Source of the DNA: Haliea sp.
Lineage (GTDB): Bacteria; Pseudomonadota; Gammaproteobacteria; Pseudomonadales; Halieaceae
NCBI GenBank assembly: GCA_031431315.1
Contig: JANPDE010000456.1
Span: 1-60,224 of the forward strand
Length of the DNA: 60,224 nucleotides
Reading direction: 5' to 3'
The translations under genes and the position numbers were made by a program. This document shows, one piece after another, positions 1-10,084 of the stretch. The notes under the pieces are model-generated. The model worked only from the letters and a program-made list of their open reading frames with translations, did no database searches and was not told the DNA's origin. Within the stretch, counting starts at the first letter, position 1. The number at the start of each line of letters is the position of its first letter.

Positions 1-405
1 CGCGCGCGCCCTGGCGTTGCATCCCCAAACGGTGGCGAAATGGGTGTGCCTGGACAGGTGGTGTTCACAGGCGCAGTAACGCAGGATGAACTGCCGGACT
101 ATTACCGACTGGCCGACGTTTTCGTAATGCCGAGCACAGGAGAAGGGTTCGGGATAGCTTTCCTGGAGGCGGCGGCCTCCGGCTCACTGGTTGTTGGCTG
201 CGGCGTAGACGGCAGCCGGGACGCACTGCGGGAAGGGCAACTGGGCATCATGGCCACACCAAGCCCCAGCGGCGTTTTTGAAGCCGTTGACGGACTGCTC
301 TCCTGCGTTGCCGGCACCAATGCACAGAGCACTTTCTTCCAGCGGAAACTGTTCAATCAAAGATCTCAGGCCCTGCTTGGCGGAATAATCGGACAGAGTC
401 AGTGA
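1..405 (+). CDS. GT4 glycosyltransferase, C-terminal part (5' end outside window)
   Basis: DVFVMPSTGEGFGIAFLEAAASG is the GT4 E-x7-E motif; stop overlaps the wzt start. Confidence 0.85.
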   Translation, partial: RARPGVASPNGGEMGVPGQVVFTGAVTQDELPDYYRLADVFVMPSTGEGFGIAFLEAAASGSLVVGCGVDGSRDALREGQLGIMATPSPSGVFEAVDGLLSCVAGTNAQSTFFQRKLFNQRSQALLGGIIGQSQ

Positions 406-1664
406 GTAAATACGCCATACAGGTCGAAGGCCTCGGCAAGGAATACATTATTGGCGCAGCCGAGCAACGGCATGATTCTTTTCGCGAGATGCTGACTAGT
501 GCGTTGAACTCACCGCTACGGAAACTGCACAAATTGGGAGGCGTAGCAAGCGAGGACGAGCGGTTTTGGGCCCTTAGGGACGTCAGCTTCAACGTGGAGC
601 AAGGCGAGGTGCTGGGCATCATCGGTCGCAACGGTGCTGGCAAAAGCACACTGCTGAAGATATTGAGCCGAATAACGTCACCCACCGAGGGACGCATAGT
701 CACGAGGGGACGCGTTGCCAGTTTGCTGGAAGTGGGAACAGGCTTCCATCCTGAGTTGACGGGGCGGGAAAACATATTTCTTAATGGGTCGATACTTGGG
801 ATGAGCAAGGCCCGGATTCAATTGAAACTAGACGAAATCGTTGAATTCGCTGACATCGGAAAATTTCTAGACACCCCGGTAAAGCGATACTCCAGCGGCA
901 TGTACGTCCGATTAGCTTTCTCGGTTGCTGCGCACTTGGAACCAGACGTGCTACTGATCGATGAAGTGCTCGCTGTCGGCGACTCGAATTTCCAGAATAA
1001 ATGTCTTGGAAAAATGGGTGAAGTTGCGCGCGGTGGTCGAACAGTAATTTTTGTCAGTCATAACCTGAGCATGGTTCAAACCCTATGCAGTAAGGCAGTG
1101 TTGCTGGAGCGAGGTTTTCTTGTTTCTAATAGTTCAGTTCAGGAGGCCATCGGCGATTACCTAAGTGGACAAAAAGTAACAGATCTGGGTGCGTCGACAA
1201 AGCGTGAGGGTCGCCCAGGAAACGGCTGGATTCGCGTGACTGAAGTAAATCTTAGGATGAATGGACAGGATACAGGTGTCTTGCAGACCGGCAAGCCAGT
1301 TGCGATTCACATTGGTTACGCACTGAGAAAGCAGCTGGACTCGGCTGGCTTTCGCATTGAGCTCAAGACAGCGCTAGGCGAGTCGGTTTCAGCACTTAGT
1401 AACGACTATTCAGGAGCAGTCGTAAAGGTCGATGCAGCCCATGCCTCAGCAATCTGTTCGATTGATTCCCTTCCATTAGTCCCGGGACGGTATGCGCTTA
1501 CCATAATCTGCGGGGCACTTGGTGAATTGTCTGATGTTGTAAACGACGCGCTCGTTTTTGATGTGGTCGATGGGGATTTCTTTGGCGGAGGCAAGCTTCC
1601 GCCGAAAGGTAGTGGGCACGTGCTTATCCCGCACGAATGGACATACAGTAAAGGCACTGGGTGA
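402..1664 (+). CDS. wzt: Polysaccharide ABC transporter ATP-binding protein with C-terminal Wzt_C domain
   Basis: Walker A GRNGAGKST, GFHPELTGREN, YSSGM signature, LLIDE Walker B, about 170 aa C-terminal extension. Confidence 0.92.
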   Translation: MSKYAIQVEGLGKEYIIGAAEQRHDSFREMLTSALNSPLRKLHKLGGVASEDERFWALRDVSFNVEQGEVLGIIGRNGAGKSTLLKILSRITSPTEGRIVTRGRVASLLEVGTGFHPELTGRENIFLNGSILGMSKARIQLKLDEIVEFADIGKFLDTPVKRYSSGMYVRLAFSVAAHLEPDVLLIDEVLAVGDSNFQNKCLGKMGEVARGGRTVIFVSHNLSMVQTLCSKAVLLERGFLVSNSSVQEAIGDYLSGQKVTDLGASTKREGRPGNGWIRVTEVNLRMNGQDTGVLQTGKPVAIHIGYALRKQLDSAGFRIELKTALGESVSALSNDYSGAVVKVDAAHASAICSIDSLPLVPGRYALTIICGALGELSDVVNDALVFDVVDGDFFGGGKLPPKGSGHVLIPHEWTYSKGTG

Positions 1665-1709
1665 AATCTTGACTAATCACGTTTTACGCAATTTTGGGGG
1701 CCAATTAAC

Positions 1710-2717
1710 TTGATTTGCATAGTAATCACTACTATTCAGAACCAGACACCTTCCGTCGAGAGTCTGTGGAAGATCGCAAACATGTCCGGCGCTAAGTTGA
1801 TTGTCATTGGTGATGAAAAAGGCCCACTGAACTGGCAGTTAGAGGGAACGGAATGTTTAAACCTTGAAACACAGTCTGAACTTCCATTTTCTATTGCCCA
1901 AAAACTGCCATTTTGCAGCTACTCCCGAAAGAACCTTGGCTATCTGCTCGCGGCATCACGAGGAGCATCATGCATTTTTGAGACAGACGATGATAATGCG
2001 CCGCTTAGCTCGTGGAAGCCCAGATCGCCTCAAGTTCAGGTGAAACCGGTTGAATCGAAGGGTTGGATAAATGTATATCAACACTTTACCGATCAGCTGG
2101 TGTGGCCGAGGGGCCTTCCGCTCTCCGAGGTATCTCGAACCGGGACAACATCGCGCTTGCAGATCGGTTCACTGGAAAATCGGGTTGCACCGATTCAGCA
2201 AGCACTAGTATCGGGGTCGCCAGATGTTGACGCAATCTGGCGACTGGTTCTAGATAGACCACTTCATTTCGATGTAAATGACAGCCTATTTTTACCCGAG
2301 GGTGCCTGGTGTCCCTTCAACAGCCAAAGTACATGGTGGTTTCCGGAGGCGTATCCGTTAATGTACCTGCCCAGCTTCGTCAGTTTTCGGATGACGGATA
2401 TCTGGCGCAGTTTCGTTGCGCAGCGCTGTCTGTGGGAACTCGGTTACGGCGTGGTGTTTCATGCCCCGGAGATGTTCCAGGATCGCAATCCGCATAATCT
2501 GATGCGTGACTTCGAACAGGAAATTCCCGGCTATCTTGGGAATGAAGGCATCCGCTCAGTGCTGGAAGGGCTGTCGCTAAATACTGGCGCGGAAGAAGTA
2601 GGGAACAACTGCCATCGTTGCTACCAGGCCTTAGTCGAGGCGGGCTTCGTTCCAGCGGAGGAGATGCCGCTTCTGGATATGTGGCTATCCGACCTGAGCC
2701 GAGTTACAGCTGTTTGA
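1710..2717 (+). CDS. STELLO/DUF288-family putative glycosyltransferase
   Basis: IVITTI, VIGDEKGP, SYSRKNLGYL, ETDDDN, PDVDAIWRL, PFNSQST, FRMTDIWRS motifs of the STELLO/RGP-like family. Confidence 0.8.
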   Translation: MICIVITTIQNQTPSVESLWKIANMSGAKLIVIGDEKGPLNWQLEGTECLNLETQSELPFSIAQKLPFCSYSRKNLGYLLAASRGASCIFETDDDNAPLSSWKPRSPQVQVKPVESKGWINVYQHFTDQLVWPRGLPLSEVSRTGTTSRLQIGSLENRVAPIQQALVSGSPDVDAIWRLVLDRPLHFDVNDSLFLPEGAWCPFNSQSTWWFPEAYPLMYLPSFVSFRMTDIWRSFVAQRCLWELGYGVVFHAPEMFQDRNPHNLMRDFEQEIPGYLGNEGIRSVLEGLSLNTGAEEVGNNCHRCYQALVEAGFVPAEEMPLLDMWLSDLSRVTAV

Positions 2718-2742
2718 AGAGCCACTATGCTTTGAATTGCTT

Positions 2743-3230
2743 GTGACCCCCATATTCGGTCCAATCATTGAGGTTGGTGTGACCGTTCTGCTGCATGGAA
2801 GCAAGCTTAATGAGCATTTCGGCGCTGGGCCTGGGAGCCAAAGTACGCAGTGTTTACCGGGAGCCTTTACATAGATGAATATCCCCAGATTTGTGAGTCC
2901 CCATGATCAATATTTGGCGCAGTTTTGTGGCGCAACGTACTTTTTCGGGTGATGGGATATTGAGTATTTTTTCATGGCTCTGAATTGGCGGAGGAAAGCA
3001 ATTCCCATATCCCCATTCCGGAGTCAGAACTGGATCTGCCAGGCTACATTCGCAATCACGAGTTAAGCTCGCCTGTTGGAGAAGATGAACTCGCTTGCCG
3101 GATATGACTTTGTCTCAAGGAATCATGGAGTCATGGAAAAAAGTCCCATGAGACGTTGATGATCGCGTTGTTTTATGCCAAAGACAGTATCGGATTTGGG
3201 GTTTAAGGAGAATGGATCAAGCGCTAATGA
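2743..3230 (+). pseudogene. Degenerate duplicate of the 3' half of the upstream STELLO gene
   Basis: Fragments SQSTQCLPGAFT*MNIPRFVS, MINIWRSFVAQR and MGY*VFFHGSELAEESNSHIPIPESELDLPGYIRN align in order with SQSTWWFPEAYPLMYLPSFVS, MTDIWRSFVAQR and LGYGVVFHAPEMFQDRNPHNLMRDFEQEIPGYLGN; stops and frameshifts present; ends approximate. Confidence 0.85.
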
Positions 3231-3260
3231 GTATATTCAAAATGTTTTTGACGAATTTAA

Positions 3261-3605
3261 ATGACGAGTAAAATCGCCAATACAGATAAGGATTTCTGGC
3301 ACGGGTATATCGATTTCTATGAGAAATAGCTAGATTCGTTTGAATGTCGAACGATTCTAGAATTCGGTGTTTGGAAAGGTGAGTCGATTAGATGGCTGAG
3401 AACGCTTTATCCCGATAGCGAAACTTATGGTGTGGACATTCTGGCTCCGGTGCTCCGCTGGCCAACTGGCGAAGATATTGAGCATCATGAATGTGACCAA
3501 GATAACACAGATCAAACATGGAAAGTTAGCATGCCGCTGTGGTGCCTTGCTGTATTCAGAAGCAGATTCAATGTCGGCGATTCTCCGGATAAAGTAATTG
3601 GCTAG
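3261..3605 (+). pseudogene. Class I SAM-dependent methyltransferase pseudogene
   Basis: MTSKIANTDKDFWHGYIDFYEK*LDSFECRTILEFGVWKGESIRWLRTLYPDSETYGVDI...CDQD; in-frame TAG at 3327-3329; LEFGVxxG motif I; C-terminal half absent. Confidence 0.75.
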
Positions 3606-4383
3606 AACGATCACAGTTACTACTTCTTTGGGGACGAAGTGGGAAGCATATTCTCAGACATTGTTGAAAATGCATGTGCCAGAATGGCCAAGAGTCATCA
3701 TTGACGGGAGGTGTGATTGGACTCCTACAGGGTTCGTTACCAAAGTACTGAGTTTAGATTCTGACTATATCTGTCATGTTGATGAGGATTGTTTTGTATC
3801 GTCAAGAGAGGCGCTACTAAAACTAGTCGCCATTTTTGAAAATGACCCATCTGTGGTCGCCGCTGGTATACCTGATGGAGGCTACTACTATCGCGAAAGA
3901 AACCCTGCAGCGCTAAATCTATTTTTCATAATGTTCCGCACCGAGTCCTTAGCAAAGGCTTGGGCGCAATTGGAACGAGGTGAAGAATGCTCGTTTCAGC
4001 CTGAATATGCAAAGGAAGTCACCAGACAATGGCCAAACTTGGATTTAGGCCGGGTTAACTGTGATTTAGTAGAACCCTACTATCCTTTGTTTTGGAATAT
4101 GATTAAAAATGGCGGAAAATTTTTCTATCTGGGGGAAAAGCTCGATAGTAAACGATGGTCAAGTACTGTGCTACTCCCTTCAGGTGAAGCGATCGCTGAA
4201 CACATGTGGTATCTCCGAAATTGGTTTTCGAAAAAAACCATGCAAGGCCACGATAGCCGGAATGTCGATAGGTATCTGAATCTGCAAAGGCATCTACACA
4301 GAACGTATCTGACAAAGATCGAGTTTTGGTGGAATTTCGGGGTATTCAATTTACGCCGCTTTTATAGACGGCTCAGGCCATGA
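3598..4383 (+). CDS. Putative GT-A-fold glycosyltransferase-like protein
   Basis: DYICHVDEDCF DxD-like motif; operon context; AT-rich; TTG start uncertain. Confidence 0.5.
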   Translation: MARTITVTTSLGTKWEAYSQTLLKMHVPEWPRVIIDGRCDWTPTGFVTKVLSLDSDYICHVDEDCFVSSREALLKLVAIFENDPSVVAAGIPDGGYYYRERNPAALNLFFIMFRTESLAKAWAQLERGEECSFQPEYAKEVTRQWPNLDLGRVNCDLVEPYYPLFWNMIKNGGKFFYLGEKLDSKRWSSTVLLPSGEAIAEHMWYLRNWFSKKTMQGHDSRNVDRYLNLQRHLHRTYLTKIEFWWNFGVFNLRRFYRRLRP

Positions 4384-5315
4384 ATCACCGTAATACTAAG
4401 CTAGTAAGCATTGTCATACCTAGCTTCAACCAGGGCCGTTATCTATTGGAAACCCTGAATTCTTGTTTTTCTCAAAACTACCGTCCAGTTGAAATAATTG
4501 TCATCGACGGAGGTTCTAGCGATGAAACTATTGATATTTTATCAGCATATTCTGCAGCTGAACTTTTTTGGGTTAGCGAGCGCGACAACGGCGTGGTCGA
4601 TGCCGTGAACAAGGGCCTGAAGCGGGCTAAAGGGGACATCCTAACCATTCAAAGTTCCGACGATGTATTTCTGCCAGGCGCAGTTAGTGCGGCTGTGCAG
4701 AGATTAAACTCCTCACCTGAAGTGCATCTCGTGTACGGGGATGCAGAGCTGATTGATGAACACTCAAACCTTATAGGGCTAGATAAACAGCAAGGATTCG
4801 ATCTTTGTGAGTACCTCGGTCGTTTGCAGTACATCCCGCAACCGGGTACCTTTTTTACCCGCGAGGCGATGGGGATCACGGGTTTTTGGCGAGAGGAATT
4901 CAGCTACGCTGCCGACGCAGACTACTGGATGAGAATGCTCTGCCGGTTTCCGGCGGCCAATCTCCAAATGAAGGTCGCACAATATCGTTACCACTCGGCA
5001 CAAAGGGACACTCAAAGCGAAAAGATAGCCCGCGACTGGGTAGCGGCTGTCAAAAACCTGATCCAGTCCGACGTCCTTGTGCAGCGCGAGCGTAGATACG
5101 CCCGCATGGGGATCCAGTTAGCGAAGTACCGATACGCCCCGGTCGAGCGCTGGTGGTACCGAACCTGCAGGCTCTACAGGGCCGCAGCAATCAACCCCGC
5201 TGCAGTAATGCACCCCAACTTTCCAAAGCGTGAACTTTTGCCAGGGCGAGAGCCACTCTGGAAGCAAATGTCACGTTTAAAGCGAGCATTGGGCTTCCGC
5301 CCCCGCGGCGCCTAA
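4380..5315 (+). CDS. GT2 glycosyltransferase
   Basis: VSIVIPSFNQ, IDGGSSDET, AVNKGLKRAKGD, SSDD. Confidence 0.9.
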   Translation: MNHRNTKLVSIVIPSFNQGRYLLETLNSCFSQNYRPVEIIVIDGGSSDETIDILSAYSAAELFWVSERDNGVVDAVNKGLKRAKGDILTIQSSDDVFLPGAVSAAVQRLNSSPEVHLVYGDAELIDEHSNLIGLDKQQGFDLCEYLGRLQYIPQPGTFFTREAMGITGFWREEFSYAADADYWMRMLCRFPAANLQMKVAQYRYHSAQRDTQSEKIARDWVAAVKNLIQSDVLVQRERRYARMGIQLAKYRYAPVERWWYRTCRLYRAAAINPAAVMHPNFPKRELLPGREPLWKQMSRLKRALGFRPRGA

Positions 5316-6367
5316 TGACCTACGACCGAACGCTCAAGCAAAAAATCGCGGTGGTGGTCAAGGATTTTCCACGGTACATGAAGCTGGTGCGTCGGGGAAA
5401 TGACTATTTGGCCATCCGCAACAGAAATGAGTTGCTTGAACTTTCACCGGACGGCAGCGGATACCGCTGCGACTGGAAGTGGACTTCCGACCTGCACGCT
5501 CCAAAGCTATTTCCATTTATTGGTCGGCAGCTTTATCGGCGTGCATTCGGCAACCACCCCATCAACTTCTCGACTGCACCACCTGTTGTCGATCAACCCC
5601 CCGAAGTCACCTTCATCATCGGCCATCGCGGCTCGGAGCGGATACCGCTCCTTGAACTTACTTTGGCAAGCATTGCGGGGCAGCAAGATGTTGCCATCGA
5701 GTGCATCGTTGTCGAGCAGGACACCCAGCCAATATTGAAGGGATGTCTGCCTGAGTGGGTTCGATACGTTCACGCTCCGCCACCTGAACCACATGCTGCC
5801 TATAACCGCTCCATGGCTTTCAACCACGGTGCAAAGTTAGCCATGGGTACTCTACTGATACTGCATGACAACGATATGCCGGTCCCGCGAGATTACGCGG
5901 CGGCAAATCTGGCAAAGATCAGGGAGGGATACGAAGTCGTCAACCTGAAGCGTTTTATCTTTTACCTGGATCAACCGACCTCGGATAAAGTGAGTATTGC
6001 CAGCGGCATACCGAGCAATCCGGGTATCGAAGCCATTATGCAGAACTCCCAGGGCGGCGGCAGCATCGCCATCACGCGAACTGCGTATTTCGAAATAGGC
6101 GGCATGGACGAGTCCTTTGTTGGCTGGGGCGGTGAGGATAACGAGCTCTGGGAGCGGACTGAAACTCGTAAGCTCTATCCCTACGGCTTCATGCCACTAC
6201 TTCATCTGTGGCATGCGCCGCAACCTGGTAGGACCTCAAAGAGCTCAACTCAGACCAGTGAGCGGTATTGGGAGCTAGCCAAGATAGACCCGAAAACTCG
6301 GATTGAAAGTCTGAAGAAGCAAAATGCAATGCTAAATGCCGCAATAGCACCAGAACTGTCACAGTGA
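5315..6367 (+). CDS. GT2/GT7C-like glycosyltransferase
   Basis: YNRSMAFNHGA, HDND, GGMDESFVGWGGEDNE (galactosyltransferase C-terminal motif). Confidence 0.8.
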   Translation: MTYDRTLKQKIAVVVKDFPRYMKLVRRGNDYLAIRNRNELLELSPDGSGYRCDWKWTSDLHAPKLFPFIGRQLYRRAFGNHPINFSTAPPVVDQPPEVTFIIGHRGSERIPLLELTLASIAGQQDVAIECIVVEQDTQPILKGCLPEWVRYVHAPPPEPHAAYNRSMAFNHGAKLAMGTLLILHDNDMPVPRDYAAANLAKIREGYEVVNLKRFIFYLDQPTSDKVSIASGIPSNPGIEAIMQNSQGGGSIAITRTAYFEIGGMDESFVGWGGEDNELWERTETRKLYPYGFMPLLHLWHAPQPGRTSKSSTQTSERYWELAKIDPKTRIESLKKQNAMLNAAIAPELSQ

Positions 6368-7326
6368 GGAAAGTGTCTCCAGATACTCGTAAATGCCCAT
6401 ACTGTCAAGCCGGAGAAACTTTGCTGCTATTCGAGTTGGTTCCAGCGCAGTTCTGCAAAATAAATTGGACCTATTCACAAAATTGGAAAGGTATTCTCGA
6501 GACTGAATCTATCGACCAGCGATTTCCGGTGGTTGAGTGTTTTGCATGTGGATTTATTTTCGCTGGCAATTTGCCGTCCGACGAGTTTTTGCTCCGTGTT
6601 TATGATCATGTGATTGACCAGAACTTAGCTTTTCAAGCGTCCAAGGAACCTTCGGATATCTCGCGTCGGCTCAACTATCTGGCTCAGTCTATTCAGCTTC
6701 TCAAAAGGGTACAGAAACCGAAAGCACTCGATTTCGGCTTCGGGTACGCGATGACGTTGAGCTTGCTGGAGGTCATTGGGATGCACGCACTCGGGTTCGA
6801 TCCGAGCAAATCAAGAGTGAGCCGTGCTGAAGCGATCGGTCTGAATGTAACTCAATCATTTGATGCAGTACTGGCGCAAGGCCCCTTCGACCTTATTATC
6901 TGCGATAACGTGCTGGAGCATGTTCCGAACCCTCGTAACACGATTGTTGAGCTAGCGCGTGTGAGCGCAAAGGGCGCTGTAATGTATGTCAGTGTTCCCG
7001 CTTATGAGAAAGCGAAAATCAGGAACCTAAAAAGTGAGATTAAAAAAGGTATCTTGCAAGACATGGCACTTAATCCTTGGGAGCACCTGAACTACTTCAA
7101 TCTTCGCCACCTGGATGGCATGCTCGGTGATAGCGGCTATGTTCCAATAGGAAGCAGTGCATTGCCTGGACACCCAAATATAGGCTTACGAGCGGAGCCA
7201 TTTTTAAAGAAGAGACTCCTGAATAGCACCGCCAGTTGGCGAAGGCTGGTTTCATATGCGATCGGCGGTAAGTCAGTTGAATCGGTTGAGAACCGCTTTT
7301 ATCGTTTTGTGGGAAGCAACCACTAG
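6364..7326 (+). CDS. Class I SAM methyltransferase with N-terminal Cys (Zn) motifs
   Basis: CPYC...CFACG; ALDFGFGYA motif I; NVLEHVPNP. Confidence 0.8.
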   Translation: MRKVSPDTRKCPYCQAGETLLLFELVPAQFCKINWTYSQNWKGILETESIDQRFPVVECFACGFIFAGNLPSDEFLLRVYDHVIDQNLAFQASKEPSDISRRLNYLAQSIQLLKRVQKPKALDFGFGYAMTLSLLEVIGMHALGFDPSKSRVSRAEAIGLNVTQSFDAVLAQGPFDLIICDNVLEHVPNPRNTIVELARVSAKGAVMYVSVPAYEKAKIRNLKSEIKKGILQDMALNPWEHLNYFNLRHLDGMLGDSGYVPIGSSALPGHPNIGLRAEPFLKKRLLNSTASWRRLVSYAIGGKSVESVENRFYRFVGSNH

Positions 7327-9117
7327 ATGTGCGGGTTTGTTGGCTGGTCAATTTCCTCACCGGGCTCTATGGGGGCGGAGGTGCTCGAGGCTAGTCGCTT
7401 AGCGATTTCGCACCGGGGCCCGGATGACCACGGCGCCTTTTTGGATGAGCAGCGCGGAATCGCACTTGCACACAACCGGCTAAGCATCATTGACCTCAGC
7501 GAACATGGCCACCAGCCCATGGTAAATCCGGCAACCGGCGACGTGCTGGTGTTCAATGGCGAGATTTACAACTTCAGGGAGCTCAGGAAGCGGCTGGAAG
7601 CAGAGAGGCACATCTTCCATTCTGAGAGCGACACCGAGGTGCTGCTGTTGGCCTTCCAGCATTGGGGTATTGACTGTGTAAACCGGATCAAGGGAATGTT
7701 CGCCTTCGCCATCTGGTCGCCACGGCAGAACTCTCTCTTCCTGGCACGCGATCCGATGGGCATCAAGCCCCTTTACTACTGGACCATGAATGGAGACAAG
7801 GGGATCGTCTTCGCCTCCGAGGTCAAGGCATTTCTGGCCATCCCAGGCTTCGCACGAGCCATTAACCGCCATTCCCTGGACCAGTTCCTTGAATTTGGTT
7901 ATAGCATCGGCCAGAACACCATTTTCCAGAATGTATCCAGGCTGTTGCCCGGCACATGGATGCGCATCGAGGACGGCCGTATGGTTGAAAGCACCGTCTA
8001 TTTCGAGCCAGTTGTTCCCCTGAAGAACGGCCAGTTCGAGACTTCCGAGTTGGTTGAGAAAACCTACCACACGCTGGATCAGGTCGTCAGCGAACACCTT
8101 GTAGCGGATGTACCGGTGGGCATTCTACTATCCGGTGGCCTGGATTCCAGCCTCATCGCGGCGCTGGCAGCAAAACATGCGCCGATCCAGACGTTCACGA
8201 TGGGGTTTTCAGACTCACAAGTGGATGAGCGGCACTTTGGCCGGACTGTCAGTGAATTCATAGGCTCTAGTCACCACGAGCTGGAAATCAGGCCCGAAGA
8301 GATTATTGAAGACCTGGAACAGAACGTGCGGTCCTTCGACGACCTGTTTGCTGACTGGGGTCTGATCTCCACGCGCCTGTTGTACCAGAAATGCCGCGAG
8401 CAGGGCATCAAGGTGGTCATCGTTGGGGAGGGAGCTGATGAGTTGTTTGGCGGTTATGGCGTTTTCAAAAATGCGCTTCCGGGAGCATTGCGCGGTCCAA
8501 GGCAATGGCGGCTGTTTCAGCTTTACCGGCAATATGCCGGGCGGCGATACGGCCATTGTTTCGCGGACTTCTCCAGCTTGATGAAGGGCTACCTTAACGA
8601 GTCTGGTGGCGACTGGTTTCATGCCATCCGTATGTTTGAATCACGCAACCAGTTGCCCAACAATTATGTGATGAAGGTCGACAAGGCAAGCATGGCGGTT
8701 AGCGTCGAGGCCCGTGTGCCCTACCTTGATTCCCGGGTGGCGGAAATAGCATACAGTGTGCCAAGGGATCAGTTGATTGGGAAAGACAGTGCCAAGACCC
8801 TACTTCAGCAAGTGGCCCGGCAGTATGGCCTACTACCAGACGAGATAATCGATCGCCCCAAGTTTGGCGCACCACTGGCAGTATCCTGGATGGATGAATC
8901 CGCATCGTTCCGCGCCTACGCGCGCGGGGTGATACTGGATGATGCCGGTTGGGTGGACGAACTCGGGCTACGCGGCGCCATGCGCGACTATTTCGATAAG
9001 GGCAGGTCCGGTTATGCGTTCCCCCGCGCCATCAGCCATTTTCGCAACCTGGCGTGGCGACTCCTACTGTTGAACCTATGGTCACGGTCCTATTTGGAGC
9101 CACTGCGCAGTGCTTGA
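7327..9117 (+). CDS. asnB: Glutamine-hydrolysing asparagine-synthetase-family amidotransferase (probably sugar amidation)
   Basis: N-terminal MCG catalytic Cys, HRGPD, RLSIID, FNGEIYN, SDTEV, LSGGLDSS, GEGADELFGGY. Confidence 0.9.
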   Translation: MCGFVGWSISSPGSMGAEVLEASRLAISHRGPDDHGAFLDEQRGIALAHNRLSIIDLSEHGHQPMVNPATGDVLVFNGEIYNFRELRKRLEAERHIFHSESDTEVLLLAFQHWGIDCVNRIKGMFAFAIWSPRQNSLFLARDPMGIKPLYYWTMNGDKGIVFASEVKAFLAIPGFARAINRHSLDQFLEFGYSIGQNTIFQNVSRLLPGTWMRIEDGRMVESTVYFEPVVPLKNGQFETSELVEKTYHTLDQVVSEHLVADVPVGILLSGGLDSSLIAALAAKHAPIQTFTMGFSDSQVDERHFGRTVSEFIGSSHHELEIRPEEIIEDLEQNVRSFDDLFADWGLISTRLLYQKCREQGIKVVIVGEGADELFGGYGVFKNALPGALRGPRQWRLFQLYRQYAGRRYGHCFADFSSLMKGYLNESGGDWFHAIRMFESRNQLPNNYVMKVDKASMAVSVEARVPYLDSRVAEIAYSVPRDQLIGKDSAKTLLQQVARQYGLLPDEIIDRPKFGAPLAVSWMDESASFRAYARGVILDDAGWVDELGLRGAMRDYFDKGRSGYAFPRAISHFRNLAWRLLLLNLWSRSYLEPLRSA

Positions 9118-10084
9118 TGGGCTTGTCAGCACCATTATTCCGGTCTATAACCGACCAGCCCTGGTTGTGGATGCTATCAGGAGTGTGTTGGCGCAGAGCT
9201 ATCGCCCGATTGAGATTATCGTGGTCGACGACGGCTCGACCGATGATACAGGAGACGCAGTTGAGCAGATGATGGCTGTGCATCCGGAAATCAGCTTGCT
9301 GCGCCAGCCCAACTCCGGCCCAGGGCCGGCGCGACAAAAGGGAATTGAGGCTGCATCGGGTGAATTCATCCAGTTCCTGGACAGTGATGATTTACTTGCA
9401 CCCGAGAAATTTGAAAAGCAGGTAGGGCAGCTCAGAAAATATCCGGAATGCGGTGCCTGCTACGGCTGGACAATCAGATACTCACTCGGTAGCGCCAAAA
9501 ACACGACCCCCGTGAAGTGGACAGGAATGAAATTTGAATCAATGTTTCCCTCCTTCCTGTCAGATCGCTGGTGGGACACCTCGACTCCCCTCTACAGGGC
9601 AGAACTTATTCGCAACAATGGCCCATGGCTAAATTTGCGTCAGGAGGAAGATTGGGAATTTGACTGTCGCCTGGCCGCGAAGGGTGTTCTGCTTTCCATG
9701 GTGGAGGCTATCGTGTCCGAGACGCGTGTACTGCCTGAAAATAGATTGAGCTTAGCCGGCTCATCCGATCCGGCAATGCTCAGGGACCGCTGCGTGGTAC
9801 GAAGAAAAATTCTGAAGCACGCGGCAACTGCGGGGATCGAACCGCAAGAACCACACATGCGGCACTTTGTAGACAGTAGTTTCCTGGTCGCCCGGCAGTG
9901 CGCAGGGGTTGGTCTGGTGAAAGAAGCAGAGGAACTTGTACGGCATCTCAACAAGGCGGCACCCCGCAAACTCATGAGCCTGTATCTGCTAACTGGCAAA
10001 TACATCGGATTCCAGCGCACTACCCATATAGCCGAAGGCGCGCATCGAATCCTGCGCCGAGATAGGGAGCGCGCGGGGTTGTGA
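9110..10084 (+). CDS. GT2 glycosyltransferase
   Basis: STIIPVYNR, VDDGSTD, FLDSDD, EDWEF. Confidence 0.9.
   Translation: MLDGLVSTIIPVYNRPALVVDAIRSVLAQSYRPIEIIVVDDGSTDDTGDAVEQMMAVHPEISLLRQPNSGPGPARQKGIEAASGEFIQFLDSDDLLAPEKFEKQVGQLRKYPECGACYGWTIRYSLGSAKNTTPVKWTGMKFESMFPSFLSDRWWDTSTPLYRAELIRNNGPWLNLRQEEDWEFDCRLAAKGVLLSMVEAIVSETRVLPENRLSLAGSSDPAMLRDRCVVRRKILKHAATAGIEPQEPHMRHFVDSSFLVARQCAGVGLVKEAEELVRHLNKAAPRKLMSLYLLTGKYIGFQRTTHIAEGAHRILRRDRERAGL

Noticed and set aside
7327-9117. asnB as a third lasso cyclase
   Set aside because: It keeps the N-terminal catalytic Cys and full glutaminase motifs and sits among glycosyltransferases, as expected for a sugar amidotransferase
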